Shown here in pieces: positions 1-8,798 of a stretch of DNA of 16,744 nucleotides. Within the stretch, counting starts at the first letter, position 1, and each line of letters begins with the position of its first letter. This stretch comes from Fidelibacterota bacterium (GTDB lineage: Bacteria; Fidelibacterota; Marinisomatia; Marinisomatales; TCS55). The stretch is taken from the NCBI GenBank assembly GCA_046861385.1, contig JBHHTW010000041.1:1-16744 (forward strand). The letters are read 5' to 3'. The notes below the pieces were generated by a model. It made no database searches, was not told the DNA's origin, and saw only the letters and a program-made list of their open reading frames with translations. A program made the position numbers and the translations under genes.

Positions 1-114
1 CGCGAGAGCAAATTTAGATTATTCCTTTTAATCCGTTACATCAATGAGTCTGCTCCGAAAACCGTATTTTTGTTTAACCAACGTTACGATAGACATTCTT
101 CTATAAATATTAGT

Positions 115-231
115 TTATAAAATACCCAGGGGGAATTCGGTTAATGCCCTTTCTTCATCCTTTGCTGGTAGAGCAGTATAACCGGCTATATCGGTGAACA
201 CGATGGCGGCGAGTTTGCGTGTAGGATTCAC
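115..231 (-). pseudogene. Truncated class III adenylate/guanylate cyclase (N-terminal stub, 38 aa)
   Basis: Manual translation from GTG at 231 gives MNPTRKLAAIVFTDIAGYTALPAKDEERALTEFPLGIL, ending at TAA 117-115. RKLAAIVFTDIAGYT is the first strand of class III cyclases with the metal-binding Asp. Similarity stops after ERAL. Confidence 0.75.
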
Positions 232-369
232 ATGAAACGCCTATAAATACTGATTGAACCACTGTACTCTTTTCAATCATTTCGTATGAAATTTTAGAGC
301 TTACACACTTGCCTAATAGCACGGCTATAATCGTACAAAACCAAATAAATATTGAACCCTTTAACTATT

Positions 370-397
370 TTGTCTTTTTTGTATTTCTCTTTATGAT
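370..397 (+). promoter_or_regulatory. Possible sigma70-type promoter for the plus-strand unit
   Basis: TTGTCT (370-375), a 16-bp spacer and TATGAT (392-397). The context is AT-rich, so a chance match is possible. Confidence 0.2.
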
Positions 398-515
398 TAT
401 TCTGAAATAATGTCTTGAATCTGATAGTTTCTGTTCATAGAAATGCATTATTATTTTGCAAGGCAAATGAAGACAACTCACAAAAATAGGTCCCCCATTT
501 CTAGTTCCGTTTCTA

Positions 516-947
516 GTGACATCCATCGCCCGTATCACTCAAGGAATAATCAATGAATATGATTTCAAGGAAGATGCCATTCCCCGTACGTTTATGGCAA
601 TGAATTCTAAGGATAAAATGAATCAAATCAGTGAACAAATCGTCTGTAAAGTCAATGCGTCCTACCGATTGCATTTTCCGGCAATAAACCCTAAATCGAA
701 TAAGGATACTATACTAAGGGAGCGGTTTTGGAAATATTCCGCTCAAGGAGAATCATTTTTTATGGAGCTGACCCGAAAAAAACATGTCCAGGGTCAGCAA
801 GCTGGCTTTGTAACTGAATATGGACATGAATGGCGTGATTTTATCTATACACGCTGCATTGAACTGAAAAACGAGTATAACAGGGATTATTTGTTTATTG
901 AAACAACACGAGGTAACCCGTTGTTAATGGGGTTTCTGATCCGATGA
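516..947 (+). CDS. Hypothetical protein, possibly a degenerate extracytoplasmic (DUF3365-like) sensor fragment
   Basis: 143-aa ORF with a GTG start. Its stop overlaps the kinase start (ATGA, 944-947). The segment KEDAIPRTFM...QISEQ...SYRLHFPAINP resembles DUF3365 by eye, but there is no CxxCH. Confidence 0.35.
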   Translation: MTSIARITQGIINEYDFKEDAIPRTFMAMNSKDKMNQISEQIVCKVNASYRLHFPAINPKSNKDTILRERFWKYSAQGESFFMELTRKKHVQGQQAGFVTEYGHEWRDFIYTRCIELKNEYNRDYLFIETTRGNPLLMGFLIR

Positions 948-3622
948 ATCAATTTTTTAACAAAATTATAAAAGGGGCTTCCCTTAGAAAGCTTCTCTCT
1001 GTCGGGGGAGGGATTTTTACATTAATTCTCATTTTTACCTTTGGTTACACCAGTTATCGTGTGGGTAGAGATACATTAATATATTCTGTACTGGACACTT
1101 TTACCAAAGATTCGCAACTGGCACAAACCCAAATACAGGGTTTTCTTTCTCACCAATACCAAGCTCTGAAGGTGATAGAAAAAACGCCCCCAATTCCTGC
1201 AATATTCCGAGCCATTCAGAATGGAGGCGTTGATCCGGCCTCCCAGGATGACTTAACCACCTGGCGGCGGCGCCTTGAGCAAATTATGATCAGTACCATT
1301 GACGCAGACCTGGATCATAGTTTACAACAACTCAGGCTTTTGGATCGACATGGCCGGGAATTGGTTCGTGTTCATGCCACGGAAAAATCACCAAAAGGTG
1401 TACCCGAAGACGATTTGCAGGATAAAAGCGGTCGGTCCTATTTTCAAAAAACCATCCAATTGGCTCCGAATGAATACTTCGTATCTCCGATTAATCTCAA
1501 CCGGGAATATGGGAAAATAATGGAACCCATCCAGCCCACCATCCGGGTATCGATTCCACTATTTAATGACGAGGAAGAATTAGAGGGTGTACTGGTTTCA
1601 AACATTAATCCAAAATCCATATTTAACCAGCTGATATTACATGAAAAAATCTTCGAATCTGTTTTTCTGGTTAATCAGGACGGCTATTTTCTCATTCATC
1701 CAGATCCGGATAAAACGTTCGGGTTTGACAGGGGATTTGAATATACTTTGAAAAATGAGCATCCGGATTTAGCAAAAATACTGAATGTTAATGATGAATA
1801 TATTAATCCGTCCTCTTTTCATGGACATAAACTTTCCCATTTTGACGGTTTTATTCATATCCATTATAACCCCTCTGATCCAGATAAATTTTGGGCATTT
1901 GTGTTTGAAATTCCTACTGAAACAGTGCTGGGATCGATTAATCAATTACGCTTTAACTTAATTATTCTGGCTGTATTTTTTGTGGTCATATTTTCATTCA
2001 TCAGTTATCAGGTCAGTTCCCGTCTTATCACCAAACCAGTGAAGAGCTTATGTGGTGCCACTCAGAGTGTTGCCAGCGGTCATTATCAACCGGAAGATAT
2101 ACCTTCCGGTGGCCATGTTCTGGAATTTGAACAGTTGTCCAGTTCCATCAAAAATATGATTGATGAAATCCAACAATCTCAAAAAGCTCTAAAGGAATCG
2201 GAAGAAAAATTCAGGGTATTGTATGAAATGGCGGGAGATACCATTATCATTGCCAAACCGCCTGAAGGAAACATTACGGATACCAACGAAGCGGCGAGTA
2301 GGTTGTTAGGGTACTCCCAGGAAGAATTTAAACACATGACTGGTTTTGACATCATTGCTCCCGATTATATAGAAAGAACAGATAAAATTTGGCAGAAACA
2401 AATGGAGGAAAAAGGGCATTTTCTCCTGGAAACACAATGGATTCGGAAAGACGGACATCAAATTCCTGTGGCTGTGGCCGGTACCCCGGTAACTATACAG
2501 GCAATTAATTATATACAATTAATTGCCCGGGATATTTCTGACCGGAAAAAAGCAGAAAAAGAAATCCAACGACTGGCGAATTTCCCTAGAGAAAATCCAC
2601 AGCCGGTTCTGGAGATTAATCATAATGGAGAATTAACATACATAAACCCAGCCGGTAAACAACTTTTAAAAGACCTTGGTAATGGATCCTTGGATAAAAT
2701 CCTTCCACTCAATTTCCGTCAGGGCGTCATTGAAAGCTTTACATCAGGAAAAATGCTTACAAACCAAGCCATTGTTTTAGGTGAAAGAACTTTTCTCTGG
2801 TCTGCCCACTTTATTCCTGACCTGGGCCTTGTCCATCTATATGCGAATGATATTTCTGATTTGAAGAAGACAGAGTTAGATCTGATCCAGGCAAAAAATA
2901 AGGCCGAACAGGCTGATAGGGTCAAAACGCTCTTTCTGGCCAACATGTCCCATGAAATTCGTACTCCTTTAAATTCCATTCTCGGATATACTGAACTCAT
3001 AGAGCTGGAGACGAGCACATTGCTTGGGGAAGAATATTTATCCTTTTTTCATATTGTTAAAAGTAGTGGCCAACGCCTCATGAACACCGTTCACAAAATT
3101 CTGGATATTTCCCAGGTAGAAGCAGGAACATATGAACTCGCATTAAAACCGATAGATATTCAAAATTTGATTTCTACATTGATCGATGCAATAAAGTTGA
3201 CAGCATCCAACAAACATTTGGATATCCACTGGAATCATCTCTCAAAACCAGCCATGGTTATCGTAGACGAATCATCCATTTCCCAAGCAGTGACCAATTT
3301 ATTGGATAATGCCATCAAATATACCAATGAAGGGGAAATCGAAGTAACCCTCAGTGAACAAAACAACCAATTTCAATTGGTCATACGGGATACAGGTATC
3401 GGTATTTCTCCTGAATACCTGGAGCATATGTATGATATATTTTCCCAGGAAAGTTCCGGTTATACAAAAAAATATCAGGGGATTGGTCTTGGGTTAGCTC
3501 TGGCCAAACGCTTTTTGGATTTAAATAAAGTTAGAATTGATGTAGTCAGCAAAAAAGGTTCCGGAACCACTTTTACCTTGTTATTTACAAAAGCTTCAAC
3601 TAAAATTCAAGACATGGGTTAA
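944..3622 (+). CDS. Membrane sensor histidine kinase (TM-Cache-TM-HAMP-PAS-PAS-HisKA-HATPase)
   Basis: Two hydrophobic segments flank a Cache-like region (DKSGRSYFQKT, YFVSPINLNRE, FLVNQDGYFLIHPD). A HAMP follows (ITKPVKSL...EFEQLSSSIKNM), then PAS domains (RKDG...ARDISDRK; LANFPRENPQPVL). H-box FLANMSHEIRTPL, N-box NLLDNAIKYT, G1 DTGIGI and G2 GIGLGL are present. Confidence 0.93.
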   Translation: MNQFFNKIIKGASLRKLLSVGGGIFTLILIFTFGYTSYRVGRDTLIYSVLDTFTKDSQLAQTQIQGFLSHQYQALKVIEKTPPIPAIFRAIQNGGVDPASQDDLTTWRRRLEQIMISTIDADLDHSLQQLRLLDRHGRELVRVHATEKSPKGVPEDDLQDKSGRSYFQKTIQLAPNEYFVSPINLNREYGKIMEPIQPTIRVSIPLFNDEEELEGVLVSNINPKSIFNQLILHEKIFESVFLVNQDGYFLIHPDPDKTFGFDRGFEYTLKNEHPDLAKILNVNDEYINPSSFHGHKLSHFDGFIHIHYNPSDPDKFWAFVFEIPTETVLGSINQLRFNLIILAVFFVVIFSFISYQVSSRLITKPVKSLCGATQSVASGHYQPEDIPSGGHVLEFEQLSSSIKNMIDEIQQSQKALKESEEKFRVLYEMAGDTIIIAKPPEGNITDTNEAASRLLGYSQEEFKHMTGFDIIAPDYIERTDKIWQKQMEEKGHFLLETQWIRKDGHQIPVAVAGTPVTIQAINYIQLIARDISDRKKAEKEIQRLANFPRENPQPVLEINHNGELTYINPAGKQLLKDLGNGSLDKILPLNFRQGVIESFTSGKMLTNQAIVLGERTFLWSAHFIPDLGLVHLYANDISDLKKTELDLIQAKNKAEQADRVKTLFLANMSHEIRTPLNSILGYTELIELETSTLLGEEYLSFFHIVKSSGQRLMNTVHKILDISQVEAGTYELALKPIDIQNLISTLIDAIKLTASNKHLDIHWNHLSKPAMVIVDESSISQAVTNLLDNAIKYTNEGEIEVTLSEQNNQFQLVIRDTGIGISPEYLEHMYDIFSQESSGYTKKYQGIGLGLALAKRFLDLNKVRIDVVSKKGSGTTFTLLFTKASTKIQDMG

Positions 3623-3629
3623 AAGAATC

Positions 3630-4013
3630 ATGACAGAATCAAATTCAAAAAAGAAAAATATTCTCGTGGTAGAAGATGATCTGAATTCACAACTGCTCGT
3701 TAAGTTTTTCCTCAGGGATACTTATGAGTTTTGTTTTGCCGATTCAGTGGCGACTGCCAAAGATTGTTTAGAAAAAAACCCTGTTGAATTAATTCTATTG
3801 GACCTTTCACTGGTGGGAAATGAAGATGGACTGGATTTGGTGAGATGGATGCGAACCAGTGAAAAGTGGAAAAAGACTCCAGTCATTGCCACGACGGCCC
3901 ACGCCTTTACGACTGACCGGGACAATTGTATGAATGCCGGATGTGACGATTATCTACCAAAACCCATTACGAGAGCCGCTTTGCAGGAAAGAGTCGCCCA
4001 TTACCTTTCCTGA
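3630..4013 (+). CDS. Single-domain response regulator (DivK/CheY-like receiver)
   Basis: Motifs VVEDD, phosphoacceptor LILLDLSL, ATTAHA and YLPKPI. It starts 7 nt after the kinase stop and has no output domain. Confidence 0.93.
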   Translation: MTESNSKKKNILVVEDDLNSQLLVKFFLRDTYEFCFADSVATAKDCLEKNPVELILLDLSLVGNEDGLDLVRWMRTSEKWKKTPVIATTAHAFTTDRDNCMNAGCDDYLPKPITRAALQERVAHYLS

Positions 4014-4159
4014 TCATCCAATTTAATTTTAAGTCAATCGGGATGAATTGCATTAAAAAATGATGATTCGATTCTTTTGAAGTATTCAAGATAATCATGA
4101 AGGTCTTTTAATCAGTCATTCCAGAAAAATCATATCGGAAATCTATGCCTGGTTTTCGT

Positions 4160-5407
4160 TTAATTAACCTGTACCGTTAGGATTTTTAACCCCCCTAACC
4201 CACTGGCCACAAACATAACATCGTGTTTATAATGGATATGATTAACCGATTGAAAATCTCCAAACCGAAAATGTCCTAATAATCTTAAATTATCAACATC
4301 ACAGTCTTTCGAATCAAACTTGGTGTCGGAAATACCAACATATACTCCTGCTTCACCATTGGCCATGAAAAGCAGTCGCTTATCAATGGATGCTGCATTG
4401 GTCACCGTAACTGAAGCGTCTAAGTCAGATACCATGGGTTGGGGAATGGAATCAATCACCGTACCGGTTTGAATGCAAACAATTTGAGTACCTCCGTCTC
4501 CTAGAGCCAGAATAGCCTTCTTCTTTTTAATTTCAATAGTAGATTTTGAAAATTCTATATTGGCCCCTGTCAATGTCCAATCGTTTGTTAACGATCCGCT
4601 ATCCCGATCAAATATCAGCAATCTTGCCGGTGTACCAGCGACAACACCAACATCATCACCGTCACCATCTACGCTACGGGCATCTTCCACTGCAATGGAA
4701 TCGTGTTTGGTGAATGTGTCCTTATCCAGAATATTCACATACCCTCCCAAGGCACCGGAGGTCACATAAATCCAGTCTTTTTCAACCGTTACATCTGTGG
4801 CTGCAAAACTGGGCAAATCCATTGTTTCAGTTGTATTTGTTAATAAATCATCATTGTCTAATGTGACTTTTTCCAGGACAGCCGGAGTAGAGAATTCAGT
4901 CCGGTCCGTTGCACCAGCGAGGTATAAATATCCACTTTTTTCTTTGATACCATTAATATCTGTATCAATAAAAATAGCGCTGGATAGCAGGGAAGGTTGG
5001 TCAATATTTGAAACATCAAATATATCAACAGCCCCCAAGAATGTTTCTCCCTGGACATTGTAGCTCACATATGCTTTATTATCTTTTATTCTGACATCAG
5101 TTGCCTGAAGTATAACACCATCGTATTCAGGAGGGGATACTTCAGCTACCAGCGTCAATACAACCGTATCTGCATACGATAAGGACTTTCTCTTAAAATT
5201 TCCTGTTCCGACCGTATCAATTGGAATAATTTCCTGGCTATATTGAATTCTGGCTGACAGCGCATCTGAATTATTTTCAATAATGATCCGTTTCTGCTTT
5301 GTAGTTAAATCTTCGCAAGCCATAAAATGAACAAGAAGTGAGAAAATAATTGTGTTAAAACACACCGTGAAAATTTGTTTATTTCTTTGACTACATTTAA
5401 TATGCAT
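4160..5407 (-). CDS. Putative lipoprotein with LVIVD-like beta-propeller repeats
   Basis: The ORF track gives 4160..5443. ATG 5407 yields a basic then hydrophobic signal ending in a lipobox-like FMA-C (Cys codon 5317-5315). Repeated blades: YVSYN...GAVDIFDVSNIDQP, ILALGDGGTQIV, FMANGEAGVYV, FVASGLGGLKIL. Confidence 0.7.
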   Translation of the reverse strand: MHIKCSQRNKQIFTVCFNTIIFSLLVHFMACEDLTTKQKRIIIENNSDALSARIQYSQEIIPIDTVGTGNFKRKSLSYADTVVLTLVAEVSPPEYDGVILQATDVRIKDNKAYVSYNVQGETFLGAVDIFDVSNIDQPSLLSSAIFIDTDINGIKEKSGYLYLAGATDRTEFSTPAVLEKVTLDNDDLLTNTTETMDLPSFAATDVTVEKDWIYVTSGALGGYVNILDKDTFTKHDSIAVEDARSVDGDGDDVGVVAGTPARLLIFDRDSGSLTNDWTLTGANIEFSKSTIEIKKKKAILALGDGGTQIVCIQTGTVIDSIPQPMVSDLDASVTVTNAASIDKRLLFMANGEAGVYVGISDTKFDSKDCDVDNLRLLGHFRFGDFQSVNHIHYKHDVMFVASGLGGLKILTVQVN

Positions 5408-5529
5408 GAATGATGATAGATATTTATCAAATAAATTGATCATGGTATTTCCAAATTAGTTTAAATAGTGTTTTTTTGAGATGGGGACACTAACGAAATT
5501 ATTGAAAGTATCTCGTGATTAAAATCACT

Positions 5530-7380
5530 TTACCACCTATAGATCATTCCAATCATTATTCCCAATCTGACCGGTAACTGTCCCTCTGCATTATAAGACA
5601 CTGTTCCGGTTAAACCCAAGTCAGAATTAAAAAATTTCTGATAGGAACCAGTAAAAAATATGACAGATCTGCTATCGATTAAAGGTCCTGATCCAACCAA
5701 AGCAATGGTATTCCCAAACCCCAACCGTGTTTCGAGAAAATCATCCACAACCCCCAAGTATCTCCTGATCATAAATGTTTGTGTGAAGCCCTGCGATTTT
5801 AATCCACTGAAAATAACTGTTTTTTCATAGCCAAACCAATCTCCCTCATATTTTGCCAAAGAAATGCCCCAAAAGTGGATTCCATTTCCTGGAAAATCCA
5901 TAAATCGATAACTCCCGGAAAATTCCCACCCAAGACCAAACCCCTGAAATATTTCCAAGTTCATATCTCTCCCAGGCAGAATATCAGGATGAAAGGCAGA
6001 TTGAAAACGCAAGTAAACATAGGAACGGGGCCAGGAATCTATATAGCCTTCAAATGACAAAGCTTCATCCCATAGATCAAATCGATTGGCTTTCGTCAAG
6101 TTCATCACCAGGGAACCTCGGGACATTTCCCGTTTAACCCCGGTGGAAAGTTGATGCCAGTTAGAACGATTATTACCAACATATTGAAAATCATATTGAC
6201 TTCGCATTTCCCACTGAGTTGCGGAAACGACACGATTTAATATTCTTAGCTTTTTATTAATCACTTTTTTTCCCACACCCAGTTTTCCGGCTTTTATCAG
6301 ACTCTCTCTGGCCAATGGGTACAGCCTTGCCTCACGATAAACTTCGGACAGTCCTAAATAGGGATCGGGATTATCAGAGGCAATCTCAATCCATTCCATA
6401 TAAACATCGATAGCTTTAGCAGTCATTCCTTGCCATCGATATAATTTCCCCAACATGGACCGAGCGTCATTATATTGAGGATAGTGTAATGTCACATATT
6501 TAATATCTCTTTCAGCTCTTTTGTAATCTTTCATCCAAGTCAGGGTTCGTCCTCTTTCCAACCGTGCATCTGCATCGGTAGAGTCGGCCAAAATCAATCT
6601 CGTATAAAGGGAAATTGCATTTTCATACTCACCCAATCGAGAGTAAGATTGAGCGCATTTAAAAAGGGCAGAATAGTTGGTAGAATCATGCTCAATAATT
6701 TTCAGGTATAGGGTTAGTGCCGAGTCAAAGAGTGACTGTGAAAATTTTGCATTTGCTTCCGTCAGGAGTTTTTGTGCTTTTTCAGCTTCATTTTTTTCAA
6801 TTTTTTTCTGGATAAATACGGTCAGTGGATCAATGATGTCATCTTTCCCACCCAAACGCCTGGCTGTTTCCAGATCACTTCTGGCTAGGTGTAACTCATT
6901 GGAACTTAAATGGGCTTTGGACAGGCTAATATATAATTCAGGATTATCAGGTATGAGCGTAATGCAAGTGGATAAAGTAGTCACTGCTTTTTCTGGATTA
7001 TTCCACCACAAATAGAGGTGACCTAACGCCGACCAGGCATCCCCATAATCGGGGCGCTGTTGGATAACTGCAAGAAAATCCCCTTCTGCTTCTTCATATT
7101 GACGATTCCATGCGTAGACCCTCCCTCGTGCAAGCAATACATCCAAATCATCCGGGGTTTCAATAATTAGCTGATTATACACGTCCAGAGCTTGCCCATA
7201 TTGCTTGTTGTTTGCCAGTTCCTGGGCTTGAAGGATTCGCGCGCTATATGGCAGTTTTTTATCAGTCAGGGTAGGTTTACTCTGTTTGGAAGTAGATGTA
7301 TCTGGAGAAAATAATTCTAATGAATAACCAGATTGGATAGATAATAAACTTATACCAAAAATATAAAATGCAAATCTCAT
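5530..7380 (-). CDS. TPR-repeat plus YaiO-family outer-membrane beta-barrel protein (putative polysaccharide export porin)
   Basis: The likely start is ATG 7380, with an ATGA overlap with the GT2 stop and AGGAAG upstream, giving the signal peptide MRFAFYIFGISLLSIQSGYS. About 330 aa of TPRs follow. The C-terminal ~230 aa have alternating amphipathic strands (GWEFSGSYRFMDF, WGISLAKYEGDW) and end in IGMIYRW, an aromatic barrel C-terminus. Confidence 0.85.
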   Translation of the reverse strand: MRFAFYIFGISLLSIQSGYSLELFSPDTSTSKQSKPTLTDKKLPYSARILQAQELANNKQYGQALDVYNQLIIETPDDLDVLLARGRVYAWNRQYEEAEGDFLAVIQQRPDYGDAWSALGHLYLWWNNPEKAVTTLSTCITLIPDNPELYISLSKAHLSSNELHLARSDLETARRLGGKDDIIDPLTVFIQKKIEKNEAEKAQKLLTEANAKFSQSLFDSALTLYLKIIEHDSTNYSALFKCAQSYSRLGEYENAISLYTRLILADSTDADARLERGRTLTWMKDYKRAERDIKYVTLHYPQYNDARSMLGKLYRWQGMTAKAIDVYMEWIEIASDNPDPYLGLSEVYREARLYPLARESLIKAGKLGVGKKVINKKLRILNRVVSATQWEMRSQYDFQYVGNNRSNWHQLSTGVKREMSRGSLVMNLTKANRFDLWDEALSFEGYIDSWPRSYVYLRFQSAFHPDILPGRDMNLEIFQGFGLGWEFSGSYRFMDFPGNGIHFWGISLAKYEGDWFGYEKTVIFSGLKSQGFTQTFMIRRYLGVVDDFLETRLGFGNTIALVGSGPLIDSRSVIFFTGSYQKFFNSDLGLTGTVSYNAEGQLPVRLGIMIGMIYRW

Positions 7381-8798
7381 CCATCTTCCTGTATTTGAAA
7401 GCCTTTTCGTTCCATTTTTCCCCATCCTTTACTTCCGCGAAAATAAGAATACACGCCGTGAATACGCCAGTAAATTGATAGCTGACGATAACCGACATTT
7501 TCAGCAATAGCCATCAGAAAGAGTCCGAGTAAATCGCGGAATCTCGGATAGCGTCTAAAAGTCAATTCCTCCAATCCAATTGATACAATGGATAGTGCAA
7601 TTCCAAACACCATTGCTGCCATGAAAAACGCTAAAATATATGTTCCTGAAACTCGACCTAGCGCAAGGGCCAATATAAATGATATGTAGCCAGGAAATTC
7701 AATGATGGGACCCAACATTTCAAAAATGTAGAAATATGGATAAGCAAAAAGTCCAATCCGTTTGTAACGGGGATTAAACAGCATAATTTTATGACGATTA
7801 ATCACTTCCATTAACCCCCGCTGCCACCTATCTCGTTGACGACCAAGTATTTTTAAACTTTCAGGGCATTCAGTCCAAGCCACCGGATCTGGGACAAATG
7901 TTATTTTATAGGGTGTTTTTTTCTGAAGGCAATGACGATGAAGTTTCACAATGAGTTCCATATCTTCACCCACAGTATCGGTTGAATATCCCCCCGCTTC
8001 TACCACAGTCGCCCGCTTGAAAATCCCAAAAGCACCTGATATTATCAGAGTCGATTGAATGGCCTCCCAACCCATGCGACCAGCTAAAAACGCGCGTAAA
8101 TACTCCAGAACCTGAATTTTAGCCAGAATATTTTTTGGTAATCGAATATCCACAATGACTCCATCTTTGATGGTGCACCCATTGACGATACGAATTATAC
8201 CGCCAGTAGCTACAGTACTGTCATTTTCCAGAAAAGGACGAACCACCCTCACCAGCGCATCTCGTTCTAATAAAGTATCGGCATCCATGGCACAGAATAA
8301 TGGCGTTCGACAAAAACGAATACCGGTATTTAATGCATCCGATTTACCACCGTTTTCTTTATCAATTACCCAAATATTGGGATATCTCCGACTGTTATAT
8401 ATTTCCTTCACTGGGGCAGCCTTAATGTCAGCAGTCGGCATCCTTGGCGTTGGTATTAAATCAAATTCATCAATTAGCCGCTGTATCGTATTATCAGATG
8501 ATCCATCATTTACCACCAGAATTTCATATTCAGGATAATTCAAGGTCAAGAATGATTTTATGGCTTCAACACAGGTGGCTTCCTCGTTGTATGCAGGAGC
8601 AATAAGTGTAATTGGAGGTGAACCTGCTGATGTTACTAAATCTTCTATATTTAAGGATTTCATTCTTCGGGCGTAACGTCGCAAGGAAAAGAATGCCAGG
8701 ATACTCATGGACAAATATCCAATATTTAAGAATACAAAATAAAAAATTACAATTGTATTGAAGGAATCCAGGATCAATTGAAAAAAATAATATATCAT
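7377..8798 (-). CDS. Processive family-2 glycosyltransferase (PgaC/IcaA/BcsA-like polysaccharide synthase)
   Basis: An N-terminal TM is followed by APAYNEE, VNDGSSD, NGGKSDALN, the DxD motif MDADT, the catalytic-base motif GEDMEL and QRDRW (QxxRW, 7838-7824), then C-terminal TM helices. There is no PilZ extension. Confidence 0.93.
   Translation of the reverse strand: MIYYFFQLILDSFNTIVIFYFVFLNIGYLSMSILAFFSLRRYARRMKSLNIEDLVTSAGSPPITLIAPAYNEEATCVEAIKSFLTLNYPEYEILVVNDGSSDNTIQRLIDEFDLIPTPRMPTADIKAAPVKEIYNSRRYPNIWVIDKENGGKSDALNTGIRFCRTPLFCAMDADTLLERDALVRVVRPFLENDSTVATGGIIRIVNGCTIKDGVIVDIRLPKNILAKIQVLEYLRAFLAGRMGWEAIQSTLIISGAFGIFKRATVVEAGGYSTDTVGEDMELIVKLHRHCLQKKTPYKITFVPDPVAWTECPESLKILGRQRDRWQRGLMEVINRHKIMLFNPRYKRIGLFAYPYFYIFEMLGPIIEFPGYISFILALALGRVSGTYILAFFMAAMVFGIALSIVSIGLEELTFRRYPRFRDLLGLFLMAIAENVGYRQLSIYWRIHGVYSYFRGSKGWGKMERKGFQIQEDG

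Noticed and set aside
51-57. TGCTCCG matching the tRNA 3' end, as a possible distal att site
   Set aside because: Only 7 bp with no flanking similarity, which is expected by chance.
28-96. 22-codon minus-strand ORF (MSIVTLVKQKYGFRSRLIDVTD) after the cyclase stub
   Set aside because: It is too short and is not a recognisable continuation of the cyclase domain.
3600-3640. Kinase and receiver as one hybrid kinase broken by a nonsense mutation
   Set aside because: The two ORFs are in different frames and the receiver has its own ATG. An old split cannot be excluded, but nothing indicates a recent lesion.
4014-4046. Imperfect inverted repeat (TCATCC...GGATGA) between the convergent units
   Set aside because: The stem is weak and AT-rich with several mismatches and no clear U-tract, so it cannot be called a terminator.
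5530-8798. Assigning the symbols pgaC/pgaA, bcsA/bcsC, nfrB/nfrA or yaiP/yaiO
   Set aside because: The similarity is family-level only and diagnostic partners (PgaB/PgaD, PilZ/BcsB, MshEN, YaiS) are absent, so orthology is unsupported.
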